A stretch of 61,275 nucleotides of DNA, counting the filler, from Catajapyx aquilonaris (lineage: Eukaryota), in the NCBI GenBank assembly GCA_000934665.2. It is 4 parts of 4 records of this genome, joined end to end, with 100 filler letters (N's around TTAATTAATTAA, not from the genome) between each part and the next. Parts side by side here need not be neighbours in the genome. Positions count along the whole stretch, not along the records: positions 1 to 15,269 come from JYFJ02007552.1; 3 more parts are not named here. One strand, 5' to 3'. A program made the position numbers and the translations under genes. The notes beneath the pieces were generated by a model. It was not told the origin of the DNA, made no database searches, and saw nothing but the letters and a program-made list of their open reading frames with translations. Below, piece after piece: positions 1 to 13,412 of this stretch (positions within the stretch are counted from its first letter, which is position 1; every line of letters begins with the position of its first letter).

Positions 1-539
1 TGAATTTGTTGCAATTTCCTAACTGGGTAACGTTTCTGCTTCATTTTTTTGGCAACAATAGGCGACTCCCCCACAAGTGAGACAACAGACTCGTTCAAGC
101 TTGAAATGACTTCTGACGTATCATCCTCCTTTGGCTCGTAAGGTACATCGTCATCAAGTTCAGACTCAGGCTCACCTCTGTCACCATCATCAGTGTTGTA
201 CTTCGGGATTTCTTTGCGGCAATCTCTGCATAATTTTTGCCCAGGAATAAGTTCCAATGCAGAATTATGTGCCATTGCTAATGTGATGATCCTCAGATTT
301 TTCTTCCTAATTTGATCTGGATGCAAAGCAACAGGGTCACAACACTTTTTCTGGCTAAGGTCGTAGAGGCGCAGGAACTTATCACGATGATGAATGCACA
401 CTTTGTCAATTTTTTCCGAATTCCCAATTCTTAATTGCACTAGTTCCTCCTCTTCTCCGCTAACGGAATGAAGCACTAGATCACCAGCACTGCCACCTGC
501 GCATGGTTCGTTCAAGATGTTGCCCACGGAACATTCCAT
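1..539 (-). CDS. 5' part of a putative DNA-transposon (Sola2-like) transposase with an ARL14EP-like N-terminal Cys/His domain; runs off the window start
   Basis: ATG at 539, open to base 1 (no stop, so absent from the ORF track): MECSVGNILNEPCAGG...LVQLRIGNSEKIDKVCIHHRDKFLRLYDLSQKKCCDPVALHPDQIRKKNLRIITLAMAHNSALELIPGQKLCRDCRKE-acidic linker-SLNESVVSLVGESPIVAKKMKQKRY. Likely 5'UTR intron 554-647 (GTAAGT...TTTTGCTCAG). Confidence 0.8.
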   Translation of the reverse strand, partial: MECSVGNILNEPCAGGSAGDLVLHSVSGEEEELVQLRIGNSEKIDKVCIHHRDKFLRLYDLSQKKCCDPVALHPDQIRKKNLRIITLAMAHNSALELIPGQKLCRDCRKEIPKYNTDDGDRGEPESELDDDVPYEPKEDDTSEVISSLNESVVSLVGESPIVAKKMKQKRYPVRKLQQI

Positions 540-1348
540 TGCGATTGACGAACCTGAGCAAAATGGCATATGCCAGTTTATAAACTTACGTGTGATACAA
601 TAATAAATAATGCGCCAAAAACGTGAATAAATTAACAGGTTACTTACAATAATGTGAAGCAGAGGAGCACAAGTGCATGTTCAAACCATCCTTGCCCGTC
701 TAAGAAACTGAAGTGGGGATACACAATATACAGTGAAAGAGTTGCAGTCATTCCTCCCCGGTGGTCTGTCATCAACTTCTGTGACAATACAACTACCAGG
801 AAGCCCCAGGACAATAGCCAGATAAACTAATGCCTAGGTGTTAATGGCTGGTGAGGGGCAGTGTTATTTATTTCTCAGTATCATCTGGGTTCCCCAGCTT
901 GATTCTTGGCAGTGAAGTAGAACACAATATGTACTTTCATATGGTACATAAATTTTAAAAATCGAAGATGTCTCAATTNTTTGTCAAAAATGGGGTCAAA
1001 GGTCACAATATGAAATGCCATGGATTGAACAGAATCGTAAGTGATATTTTATGAAAGTGACATAATGTGATGCAAAAAAGGGTAAGGAGCCCAAATATAT
1101 GCTAATTGTCCAGTTAGGGCCCATAGATAAAGAGCTATTCAAAAAAATGTGGGGAAAAACGCGCCGCGCGCTTTACGAAGGTCGCAAATTACGTGACCTC
1201 CCACGCCGAACAGGGTGAACCGATTAGAGTGAAATTCGGCCTGGCTACATATCTCAATGAGACCTACAACTGTACCAAATTTCCTCAAAATCGGCCGGGG
1301 TCAGGTAAATTCTTAGTCCGAAGTGATCGCCTTCACATGGATTTACCC
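1..1348 (-). mobile_element. Left end of a Sola2-like TIR DNA transposon (truncated by contig start)
   Basis: Minus-strand terminus reads 5'-GGGTAAATCCATGTGAAG (GRG start described for Sola2), flanked by TATA; TIR-like segment ~940-1348 lies upstream of the transposase-like ORF. The other end is not in the window. Confidence 0.55.
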
Positions 1349-1361
1349 TATAAGCTCTTTG

Positions 1362-1818
1362 GTCGGTACCTGTGAGATTCGAGCCCATGACAAGGTTTTT
1401 ACGCCGAATTACCGTAAGTGTGTGAAAGGGCACGAGTGTGGCAGTCTTGGTTTGGCCAAACTTTGGGATGAAAAATACCCCCCTCCATGAACAATAAGAA
1501 CTCGCACGAAGAACAGGACGATCTGGCAGCGCCGCGCTCACTGCCAGTTCCATAACCACGGAATTAATAATTAATAATTAATAATATTATTAGCCCTCAA
1601 CCTTACCCCCGTCACCGTGGTTTAATACGGAACTGGCAGTCAGCGCGGCGCTGCCAGATCGTCGCGTTCTTCGTGCAAGTTCTTATTGTTCATGGAGGGG
1701 GGTATTTTTCATCCCAAAGTTTGGCCAAACCAAGACTGCCACACTCGTGCCCTTTCACACACTTACGGTAATTCGGCGTAAAAACCTTGTCATGGGCTCG
1801 AATCTCACAGGTACCGAC
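1362..1818. mobile_element. Foldback MITE with ~190-bp near-perfect arms
   Basis: GTCGGTACCTGTGAGATTCGAGCCC... at 1362 is the reverse complement of ...GGGCTCGAATCTCACAGGTACCGAC ending 1818; short AT-rich spacer; no clear TSD. Confidence 0.85.
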
Positions 1819-4800
1819 ATGGAAAGGAGTGATTGCGGGTCAAAATAAAAAACTGTACCTGGCAGCGGCGGCCGCAAATATCGGCCCAGGAGAAAAATAA
1901 ACACACCATCTCAAAGTGCAACTCTTTCGCGTCCAGTACTCCAGTTTCATGCCGATACCTCCATATTTGCGACCGTGACAGCGAGAGGAAGAAGTGTCAA
2001 GCTCACGGGCCGGGCCGCGACGGGCTCCCCGCAACAATGGGACGCGGAGCCTTGAGCGCGCTCTTAAGGCAAATTTCTGGGCGGAGATGATGTTGCAATT
2101 ATGGTATTGATGCTGCTTTCCAATTCCCATTGCCAATTCCATGCAGGTCGATCGCCAGTCCATATCCAACAAAGTTGTCACAGCTTCACAATGGGTCGGA
2201 TTTGTTGCGGTACGGGAGGGGGCCTTCTTTAAAAGCTTGTGAGAACCTTGCAATGGAATGATACAGGAGGCAGAGTCACCGCACGCCTGCACAAGACCTT
2301 GATGGTGCAGATTTTCCACATGCAACAGGGATCTTGATGAAGCAGAGCTGTCTTGAGGGCGATCACGTGGATGGGGTACACTTTGAACAGGGATTGCTCC
2401 ACACCAACTCCATGTCACTTCCCCCCTAGTTGTATGGATACGGTAGTTTAATTCTGTGTCTCCGCCAGGCTGGGAATTTGGCGCTGGCGGCGCTACATCG
2501 TTCACTATCCACCATCTTTCTCAAGGTGCACTCTCGTGGTAAGTCTGCGGAAGGAAAGAAAGATCCAGCCAATCGCGGCAGACTACCCGCTACCTACCAC
2601 AGGAGTTGAACCTTGAACAAGAAGGCGTCTTAACTAACGATGGGACACAGTTTTTACACTGCTACTTTATACTGCTACAAGCGCTTCGCAAATGGTACCG
2701 TAGGGTTCCCCAGGGCCGACTCTTAAGGTTCTAAGGTACATAAGGTTCTGGCAGCCTGGGGTGCCGAGTGGTAACAGTGTTGCCAATAATTATCGGACAA
2801 CCCATGTAAGACAAAATGTTCTCACCATGTTTGATCTTTTGATGGGCACAAAAAAATTGGAGGTTCGAATTTTGTCCCTGAAATTAGGTCGTTGTCCCAA
2901 TCTCCCATTTCTATATCTGCAATTGTGTAGGGTAAACTGTACAGTGATGGCCCACTGGGTCTTGGTTCTTTAAGAAATAAGCCGTGCAAATGCCATACCA
3001 TGAAAAAGTGACCATGTTGTGACACCTGGAACCCTTGGCTTGAAGTAGGTCAAAAATTGGTCCACTGAGGTCATTGCAAGAGCAGTAATGGCACCTCACA
3101 AACAGACCTGCTGCTCATGTAGGATAAACCATACAGTGACGGCCAGTTTCTACAACCTGCATGCTTTTGTGTGGATTTATCTCATGTCAGTTAGGCCTAC
3201 GGTCCTAATACCAATGGTCCCTACTGTCCTTAGGTTCCTACTGTAGATATCCTATTGTTTTGCTGCCATGACCATCACTATCTTGGCACCTGGCCATTAT
3301 CATTTGTAGGGGTCGCCATTACTGTCTTTCAGGCAGTATATTTTGTGCATTTAAATATACGCACACATGCTGACAGATTTAAATGAATTTGATGTAATGT
3401 GAACTAGCAAATCCTCTGTTATTTGATAGACATTTTAGAAAATTTATGCAGAAAGAAATTCTTACGGTATTCATGTATTACTCTGACCAATACGCTAAAC
3501 TGGCCATCACTATGCAGTATCAGAGTGAACAGTAAAAGGTGGGGGTGGGGGGGGGAGGGGAAGAGAGAGAGAGAGAGAAATATAACCTCCCTCCCTTCCC
3601 TCCCACAGAGGACAAGACCTTGAGTAAATAGTAAAAATACTTCATTACTCACCATGTTGCAGGATTTATTCTCTCAACTAGTCCTCCTTATTCAGTTTTT
3701 TATCAGTAATCCTGCAGGTGTGAGTTCTTTCATTTTTGAAAAAGTAGATATGGATGTAGTTGCACTATATAATTTGTTGTGATCAAATACCCCCTTCCAT
3801 GCAAAATGTAGTGGGCATGCAGGAAAAATCCACAGTCCGATTTTGGTGGTTTTGAGTTATTTACACCACTAAGCAGCGTTATATTTGCTGTATCACTTGG
3901 TGAAGTCCATCTAGTCATCGTCATCATATTCAGAATTGAGAATATCTCTCTTTCCGGGATGATGTCATGTGATAGCAGCAGGGATAATCTTGGTGGCGGC
4001 ATATGCCCGGGGTTGGGGTGAAGTTGTGTCTGACAGGATTGCTTCAGGTTGGTGGAGAGTTGCAGGAGGCAGCCCGGGGACAAGTTTGGATGGACTTTGC
4101 GTCAAGTCGGATTTTTCACTGTGTCCTTAGCCACACAGTGCGGAGTGTGGCCAGAGGTGACTAGGGGGTAGCTGGAGGGAAGTGTGTTACATCCGTCGGA
4201 TTTTGCATCAGTCCTTAGCTACTCGTTGCATAATATGCACAAAACATAGAAATATGTGAGTTATGCCTGTTACAAAAGGCATTGATTACTAGTCGTAAAG
4301 ATTCATAATGAGCCAGCAAGCCAGAATTTTCTGTATTTACTACCACATAAGCAAGTGTAAGGTCAAATATTGGTTTTGGATTATCTCGAAACTGGTTTTC
4401 TGGACAAGGTGGATTTCTCCTGTATGCCCGCCATATGTCACAGGTAAATTAATTTATATATAAAAAAAAAGAAACAAGTACCAGCTCCTTATCAGAGCAC
4501 CAAAGAATTGATATACACAGTAATTTCACTCTTCAGACCTACAATTTGTTAATGTCGAATTTAAAATTTAAAGCAAATTTTTTGAGCAACATGTTGATCA
4601 TCATTTTTCAAATTGCTTCTGAAACTAAACAAGCTCATACAGCTGCAAGTGTGACGCATCCCTTGATCCCATGACACTCTTGTACCCAAACAACTAGTCA
4701 TGTATCCTCCAATTGCTTGTGGAATTAATGGCAGGTTGATAATGGCTCCATGCCCATAAAGTAATAGCCTATCTATGAAGAAATAGCCCCCTGGCACAAT

Positions 4801-6150
4801 AATTATTATAAGTGATCTGTGGAATATGGAAGAACTTTTTTTCGAAGACCAAGTTGCTGTTTGCAATGAAACTGGCTGTGGCATAAAGAGAAAGCATAGT
4901 TTTGCCAATGGTAGAAGACTGAAAAGGGCTAGGCCTCAGAAGTTTGTACCATCGACAGTGAAAATATATCATGGGAGGGAAATATTGTAGCCATGCAAGA
5001 GAAATCCACTAGGTTCCATTTTTGTGGTTTTGAGTTATTCACACCATTTAGTAGCAGGTAATTTTTTTCTCCCAGTTGTTAAAGGCAGCACAAATTAGGC
5101 TATGACATGAAAATGCTCTCCTTGATTTAAGTAAGATTAATCTTCATTATGGAGGTAATAACATGGTCAATATTCATTGTATAACTTTTGCAAATGTGGA
5201 GCATACACCATTGGTTACAGACCACACTGTGGATGACAGCCTTGGTGGTGGTAATTACTGCTACAGATGATCAAATTATTCTTTTACCATGTATTAAGGC
5301 ACATCCGCCTTGTGTTTGCATAGTATACAGAAATAGTGGATTTCTGCTATGCCATGCTGGGAACAGCCTTTTTAACTAAATCTTTTTACTGTTGACACTG
5401 CTACCTTACAAAGAAGGAAATGTTATTTAGAACTCCCACATTCCTTGGTTTATAATAATAAACTGTAGGTTTGTTTGAAGATGTAACAATACCCTATTTG
5501 GACATTTCCCTTGATATCGAAATCAAGTGTAATTTGCCAAGTTTATTGGACGATCATTTCTAGCATGACATTTCATTTTTCACGTAGAACCAAGGCAATG
5601 TATGTAGTTGTTGTGTGTTCATGCTGTCACATGAAAGGCTTGAGACAAGCCATCCCGATCCAGGTTTTCTGTGAATTTTCAGGCTTCCTTTTTACAAAAT
5701 TCTAGAGTTGACTTCTGAGTCGTTAACTCCAACGTGGAGTGAAATTGTTAAAAACCCCTTACCTCCTCCTAGTGGGGCAAAATGTGCTGATAATAAGTTA
5801 TCCTTTTTCCAACATGTATTTTTTCATTCACTGCGCAGGAATTTAATGTGCCTGCTCTTTTGGGGATGGTAGAGGGGTTCTAGGTGATCATTTTAACTAG
5901 AGGGTCTCTGCAGCATCGTTACCGAGAAAATGGGCTTCAAGCACGAAGTATAAAATATCCTGACAGGTAATGTGACCCTACTTGTGTTATTTAATGTTAT
6001 TAAGGTGCTACCATGCAATTTAAATTTAAGATAAGATTTAAGATAAGATTTTAGATTTTAGATTAAGATAGTGTATTAGTGGCCTAGGCCATGAAAGTGT
6101 CATAGTCTGTATCAGCAATGTAGAAGCAGGGATAATGCACTTTTATTTAA

Positions 6151-6704
6151 CCCTTTGTCTCGGCGACTTACTTTTTGCTTGGAAAAAAAATCAGAACGAT
6201 CTGTGAAGGGTAGGCAATCTCTCCCGGCACCATTTTGGTCGTAAAAAGTGTCCTGGCTCCTAATTGGCCAGGCGGACTGCTCGGAGCTCTGGGCGTTGCC
6301 TGCTTGCCACCTGAGCCGCCTTTTTTTGCACCTGGCAGATCACATTACTTTCTTTTAAACCGGACCTTTAAAAAAATTTTAACAGACACTTAATGTTTTC
6401 ATAATTCATCAGAGATACTGGGCAATCATATAGAATTATCATGGATTTTTAAGGGGGGTGTAAGCCACCTTTAAAAAACCGTGTAGATGTCGCAATAGGA
6501 TGACATCACCACCTTGTGCATAGTATAAGGGCGGTTGATGCCCTCTCTCCATATGAAACATAGATTGGTATATCTCACATGTTCAGCCCCCTCTTGTGCA
6601 TGAATGGAGAGCGAAACCAATGGTGCCAGATCCAGTGATTTTCACGTAGAGCTCTCTTTTTAAACCCCACCCAAAGAGTGCATTTTCAAGTGGGAGACAT
6701 AGAG
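6151..6704 (+). mobile_element. piggyBac-like MITE (older copy of the family at 40683-41387)
   Basis: TTAA|CCCTTTGTCT start, degenerate ...GAGACATAGAG|CTAA end; internal sequence (ctcctaattggc...ttttgcacctgg; gagagcgaaaccaatggtgccagatccagtg) shared with 40683-41387. Confidence 0.7.
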
Positions 6705-7140
6705 CTAAGGCTGATTATCTCAGTAATTCAGCCATAAAGACCCATGATACTTGTACTTAAAATGATCGCCTAGAACCCATCTCCCAAAGTGAAGGCATGT
6801 TAAATTTCTGCACCCTGTGTGCTTGTCTCACCTTAGCTGCTCGAAGGAGGTTTTGAGAATTGGGTACAATAAAGATTCAAATACTGGATAAATAGGGCAA
6901 AGAGCAAGGGCAGAACCAGGGTAGTCCAAGGGGGTTCAGTCAATCTCGGGCCCCTGATCACAATGGCCTTGTAGGGCAAGTAAAAGTAAAATAGAGCAAT
7001 TAATGAAAAGAAAAGGAAGACACACAAGCTGGCTAGGTAATGGCAAGGAGGAGGCCCTATGGGATTTCTTTCTGACTGGGAGTGTGGGGGAATTTAAAAA
7101 ATACGAGGCGCATTTTTCTATAGAAAAACCTCTATGCACC

Positions 7141-7907
7141 TCCAGAATTTTTACTTACACATCTGAAATCGACAACTGTCTACTTTTTTTCAAAATTGTT
7201 TCCAGCCAAATTGGGGCATTTTTCATTGAGTTACACAATATTTTGTATGCCCATGTCATAGAAGTCTGCTGCCATCCATTTCTGCGATCCCTGAATGCTG
7301 GATTGCAATTCCTTGTCTTTGTCAACTTTCTGCTTTGGTAATCGCTAGGCTCTAAATCCCAGGTGATCAAAAAATTATCACTTGAATTGTTGCGGCAGGG
7401 TTCCAGTAAGCAAGGCAGTACGCAGGGAGGCATTGTCGCACAAGAAAACACCCCGAAACTCTACATGCTGCTACATTTGTTTATCCCAAAGGTTTATTGC
7501 GAGACATTACAGAAGTTAAGGATGCCAATTCACAAGAAATGTATCGGTATATAGAGTTTCGGAGTGTTTTCTTGAGCGACAATGCCCCCCTGCGTATTGC
7601 CTTGCTTACTGGAACCCTGCCGCAACAATTCAAGTGACAATTTTTTGATCACCTGGGATTTAGAGCCTAGCAATTACCACCCATCCATGGACAGGGAGAA
7701 AATAATGGTTTGCAAAGCAGAAGGTTGACGAAGACAAGGAATTGCAATCCAGCATTCAGGGATCGCAGAAATGGATGGCAGCAGACTTCTATGACATGGG
7801 AATACAAAATATTGTGTAACTCAATGAAAAATGCCCCAATTAGGCTGGAAACTATTTTGAAAAAAAGTAGACAGTTGTCGATTTCAGATGTGTAAATAAA
7901 AATTGGA
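7141..7907. mobile_element. Foldback element/MITE with ~330-bp inverted arms
   Basis: 7141-~7480 is the reverse complement of ~7540-7907 (mirrored ORFs 7155-7451/7710-7895 in the track); right arm has a ~35-bp insertion. Confidence 0.85.
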
Positions 7908-8360
7908 TTTGTTAACATGTAAATCGAAACTAACAAGCGCAAGTCTCAGATATTCCTCAGTTGTTAAGTAGTCCATACTCATCAGTAATGAATAACCATT
8001 ATGTGACCATTATGACAGTTCCAGAACGTATACCCTGTGAACCGAGCTTTACACTCTTTTCTGTACTGCTTGCAAAAGAGGGAACTTGACTGGGAAATTA
8101 ATGGTTTGATTGAGTCAATGCAACTACCTTCTTTTTGTTGGCTTGGATCCCCCAAATAAATTTCAGTCCTTCGATGAATGAAGGATGTTTCAGTAATACT
8201 ACTGTATATTTATTCACACTTGTTCCCTGTTTCTACTGGATAACATGTTTCAGCAGGATTCCATGGTCGAATATGGTGGCAGAGGGGTGGGGTTCCCACT
8301 GCAAGGATCTAGCATATCAGGAATGAATGGGAAGAAAGTAGCATAGCTTCAACTATTTAA

Positions 8361-8862
8361 GGGGGCGCATTAGCAAAAAAATACGTAACAATCGGTAACA
8401 ATGCGAGCCCTTGGCGACCACGTAAACGAACTCGCGTATGCATGGACAGCATATGGGTATTTGACATGTCTACGCTTCTGCGGCCGTACGGCGCAAAAAT
8501 TTAGCAATGGACACAAAAACTACACCAAAAAATAGGACATGATCTGGCGCAGGGCACCTTCGTTGTCATTTTACCATTTTCGGCCTAGAAGTGACCTTTT
8601 CATCGAGTTGAAGTGAAAGGAAAATGGCTTTCCCGAGAAGCCCATTTGAATAACATGGCGGCAGGAACGCGAAAAAGTCGGGAACGCTTCTGCGCCCGTA
8701 TGTCCACAATTTTAATGCAATCATATCGAGTATGGTACCATAGTAAAGGCCAAACCTTTGCGCAGGGCACCGTCGTGATTTTTCCGATTAACGGTCCGTT
8801 TCGCCACAAAATATAAAATTCCCTCAAAAATGCGCCTGCCGTATTTTTACTAATGCGCCCCC
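8361..8862. mobile_element. Non-autonomous TTAA-targeting TIR element (Kolobok-like termini)
   Basis: TTAA|GGGGGCGCATTAG...CTAATGCGCCCCC|TTAA. Confidence 0.8.
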
Positions 8863-9469
8863 TTAAAATTTAAAGTCACATGAAACTTGGGATATAATTA
8901 TGCCAAAAAATAATAATTTAACTTTGACACTATAGTGTAGTGTACCTTGTACTGTACAGAAGCATGACAAATGCAAGGAGGTATCAATGAGGATTGATTT
9001 GTTATTTTTTTTGCAAATTCACTGCAATTAATATGCTTTAACTGATACGGAAATTTAAACATGATTTTAAGAAATGTTTTGCACTGATCCAACTGTTCAA
9101 TTTAATGGTCTTGTGTTAAGCAGTTATCTCGCCCATAGGTCTCTGAAGCTTCACTCCTTGTATTATACCAGTTTTTGAAAAAGGATAATGATGTTGACTC
9201 TGATAATAATTATTACATATCATTTGGACAGTAATGTACGAAAAGATACATCTTGCTTGTTGTTGATGCTTCCTTGCATTTTTCATGTTTTTGCATGAAG
9301 GTTTTCACTGTGGTTTATTATAACTGGTTGTGAGGTTGTTGGCAAGCGGTCAGCAATATGTGAGTACCTTTTATTAATTTTGCAAGGGAGAAGTTAAACA
9401 GTCATAATATTCCCCTGCACAAGTTTATTGCAGGGCAAAATCTGACTAGGAAAATGCAATGGTATAATA

Positions 9470-9762
9470 CAGCCCCCCGCAACTCCCTATCTAGCCTTAT
9501 GGTGACGGTTGTTTAATATAAAAGTCTTCCCCAGCCTGGAATTTGGCGCTGGCATGCCCCCACAGGGATCTCGTGGTTCGGGTGGCTGACTGGTGATCTG
9601 CGAATGACCTACGGAGCCAGCTGCAGTGGAAAGAATGGAATCGGTTGGTTCAGGCATCTGCGCACGTCCGCCCTAACCACAAGATCCCTGTGGGGATGCG
9701 ACAGCGCTGTGGACAGAGGCTTTTATATTAACCTACCGTATCGTATGAGTTGCAGGGGGCTG
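9470..9762. mobile_element. Degenerate palindromic MITE
   Basis: CAGCCCCCCGCAACTC...GAGTTGCAGGGGGCTG termini and inner arms ccccacagggatctcgtggtt / aaccacaagatccctgtgggg. Confidence 0.65.
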
Positions 9763-10289
9763 GTATATTAAGTGTGAGAAAATGAGGATGATATTGAGCA
9801 GAGGACCAGAAATATTATTCTTGCCTTTCCTAGAATCAATTTCTCCAAGCACAGTGCTTCATTACCATTGTGAATATTCATGATGTGTCTTACTAATGGG
9901 ACAACAGCTGCAAGTGTACTTGCCCAATACAGCCCAATACAAGTCTAAAAGGTGAGAAATGGCGAGGAACCACCTCGTAAAGACTTTAGGGCAATAAAAT
10001 GGGCACCCTGTCCAACTTGCATGCCCTTTGCACTTACTCCACACCTTCATGCAAAATCGCAAGACAAAGTTCCATTACTGATTTCTTCCAGGGTGACACC
10101 ACTTTGTGCCCTTAGACAACAAGTAATATTTGCCTTCCCATATGGCAATCAACAATGCAGCTATCTGGCTGAATGCCTCTTGCACTTTCAATGGTTGCCT
10201 AGAGAGCAGGATATGTGCATGAAAATTAATTATTCCTATGCATTAGCCAACAATTTTGGAAGGTGGCCTCCTGCATAGTAATCTATTAA

Positions 10290-10922
10290 GGTGGCACAGT
10301 AGCAAAAATACGGTAGGCGCATTTCGTAGGGAACTTTATATTTTGTCGCAAAACTCGTCGTTAATCTGGAAAAACACTAACTACTGCCCTGTGCAAAAGT
10401 TTGCCCTTTATAATGATACCATACTCAACGTGATTGCAGTGAAATTGTGGATATACGACCACAAAAATGTGTCCGATTTTCACACGATTCCTGCCCCCAT
10501 GTTAATCAAATGGGCTTTTCCAAAACGTTGTTTTCCTCTCACTTCAACTCATTGTAAATGTCATTTCCAGGCCGAAAGTGGAAAAAAGAGGAACTAGGTG
10601 CCCTGCACCAGATCATCTATTTTTTGGTGCAATTTCTGTGTATGGCCACAGAAATATAGGCAATGTCGAATCCTCCTATGCTGCATGCATAAACAAGTTC
10701 GTTGGGGTCGCCACCAGGGGCGCTAATTGTTGCAGGAGGGATACAAGGCTCGAGGCAAGTCTCTAAGGTTAAAGTGTTGAGCTTGGCAACGGGATAGGGA
10801 TTGTTGGAGAGGGGGCAACAAATGCCTTCTATCGTTGTACAGTACAACCATTCCATAGGCTCACTTCGACAGCTACAGCTGCAGAGCCATCTTATTTACC
10901 ATACTTTTGCTACTGCGCTCCC
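10290..10922. mobile_element. Second, oppositely oriented copy of the Kolobok-like TTAA element family
   Basis: TTAA|GGTGGCACAGTAGCAAAA...TTTTGCTACTGCGCTCCC|TTAA; interior aligns with the reverse complement of 8361-8862; sits within an older degenerate foldback (~9880-11155). Confidence 0.75.
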
Positions 10923-11399
10923 TTAATATAGTTATAGTAATCACTCTCGTAGCTAGCCCCCTAGGCAACCACTGCATGTGCATGGGTCAGTCTACCTGCT
11001 GATAGTTGCTTAGTTGGTTGCCACCTGTTCCTAGGGGAATCAAATGTTCATTGCCACAGTCAAGCTGCCATGTCTTTTCTCACTGCTACATTTTAGACTT
11101 GTACTGGCCCAATGAGTACACTTTGGCAGGAAGTCCCACTAATAAGAAACACCTGCTAAACCCATATCAGAAAAAATATCAGTATCACCTACTTTCAAGG
11201 TTAAATAAGCTTTGTAATAGACACTAACGAGAAGATCTTACCTGCAATAGCAATTTTATAATCGTGAGCATTAGCATGCACAGCCCTTCGCATTGGAGGA
11301 GTCAAGCCTTTCAGGTGAGAAGGCTGAGGGCCAGTACAGGAGCTTTTAACATCCCCCCCACCACCACCACCACTTTTTTGGTGGACAGATTGTTGCATT

Positions 11400-11615
11400 A
11401 AACCGCAAGCGTATGAGGTGAGGATATTCTACATGGGTAGATCGAGAGAAAATGAAGTGACTACAAAATCTGTCACTAGAGGATTCATTAAACTGGTCGT
11501 ACGAGATGGCCAGGTGGATTATTCCTGGTCATCGCTGGTAACCCCATCTTGGGAATATGCCATGAGTGTAATGAATGAATGAATGAATGAATGAATGAAT
11601 GAATGAATGAATGAA
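11400..11615 (+). mobile_element. Probable LINE/SINE 3' end with (GAAT)n tail
   Basis: (TGAA)n tail ~11570-11615 preceded by a segment resembling a retroelement 3' end. Confidence 0.35.
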
Positions 11616-12564
11616 TAAAAAATCGCTCATTCTTTATTGAAAGGCGAAGTGAGTTAAAACGTGCCAAAACTTCCTAACTGAAACAGTTATTCCATTGGAA
11701 CATCCTGTATAATAGCTGCAAGTCACGATTTCCATCTTTAACAGTAACATCTAATAAAAAGTAGCAAAAAAAATTATAATTGGTATATTTTCAGACGATG
11801 GACTGTGGTAAAATTCATCCCTTCCTGGCACCTGGATGAGGAATTGTTATAGTGTCAACGAAGGGGTGAGCCGGTGGAATCCAGCAACCACGAAGACTTA
11901 TGTACCTGTTAATGTGATCTTCAGATTACCTGAAAGTTTTCTAATGAGCGTTTCAAGTTCCAAATAAATGTAATCCATTATATATTTATTTATTTCTTTT
12001 TTTTTTTTTTATTGATACCCCGTGCTCGAGCCTGAGGCTCGTTTAGGGGGGTGGGCTACCACCATCTGTGGTGAAACTAGTATACTGAAAGTATTTAGTG
12101 TGTTTCACGTAATCCATTATTTCATGTAATCCATTACATGCTTATGTTTAACTCATTTATGCCAAGTTGATATAGCATGACCAGGCATTAGACGGTCAAA
12201 CAGGATTGGTAATATGATCCGAGATCTATTGGTACGGAGGCAGTTTGACCCCGTTTTGGCTGATCATGTGCCCAGATATATTTCCATGGTCCTTGTGACT
12301 AGTAATTTTTGGTTTTTAGTAACACTGTAGTTGGTTGGTTGATTTTTAAAGGATTGACACGGGTAGGTATTTGGCCTGCAGGTGGTGGGCCTTGATAACT
12401 GAGGTGGTAACAGTGGTAATGACTCAGTTAAAAATAATTAGGTTTCAATTTGATATTGGCATTTGACATGGTTTTTTTTACGAGGGTTTGGGGAGGGAAG
12501 GGGAATAACTCGTTTTCTTTTTCAAATGTCTTTTCAGGGCCGGTTTGACCAAGCCCAGTTGTAT

Positions 12565-12587
12565 ACTACTACTACTACTACTACTAC

Positions 12588-12652
<65 letters not shown>
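12565..12652. repeat. Compound microsatellite (TAC)n(AAT)n
   Basis: Direct reading. Confidence 0.95.
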
Positions 12653-12653
<1 letters not shown>

Positions 12654-13412
12654 TAACTTCTCCTAATTTCTTGCAACTCCAACCATTCATTCACTTCTGA
12701 CATTGCCAATTGGGTATCGGTATTGGTGCCACCACTAATTAGTACTGGAATGATTGTTTTCAGAAATTTCTCTGCATGGAGAACAAGAGTGATGTCATAT
12801 GCAGTGTATTAGTTATAGTATTGTGTTTTCCTGCATCCTCACCCTTTCCACATGTACCTTCTAACCCCCTTACCCCCTGGGCCCAAGGACATGGTGTTAA
12901 GAATGAATTTGCAATGTCAGAAAAATTAGTGATGGCTGGAATTAGAATTATCTTGCAACATTATTGGTCTGGCGCCTGGCTGTGATGTTAAGAGATGATG
13001 CAGTGATTAATAGCAGTAGTGCTGTGATATAGTCACATGAATGCGAATGGTTTAAAATGACAGTCCCTCATCATTTTCCTTCTCTCCTCAATCCTAATAT
13101 TTCCATATTCTGGAAAATCATGTGGAAAAAATAAGTGAGGATGAACAGACTCCACATTTTATTCAACTGCTTCTCATAAGGTTATCAATTATTATCAATT
13201 ATCTGTATCCCATTGCTGGATTGATATTTTGCAGAAGCTCTCTTCTCTGTACATGGACATTATTTTGTAATTTAAGAGAGGTCAGATGGTCAATGTAATG
13301 CTTCAATCATTATAAGTGGTAATTAACTTTGCTGAGAACAATAAGATTGTCGCCTTCCAACTGCACAACCCCTTCATCATCACTGTACCTCCATCCTTGC
13401 ATCCTGAAAGGG

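Noticed and set aside
1840..2505. 221-aa ORF
   Set aside because: GTG start, no recognisable domain, and it overlaps repeat-like sequence related to 9505-9555.
12463..12690. Poly-Asn/poly-Ile ORFs (also 49515-49748, 52824-53057, 55472-55858)
   Set aside because: Translations of micro- and minisatellites.
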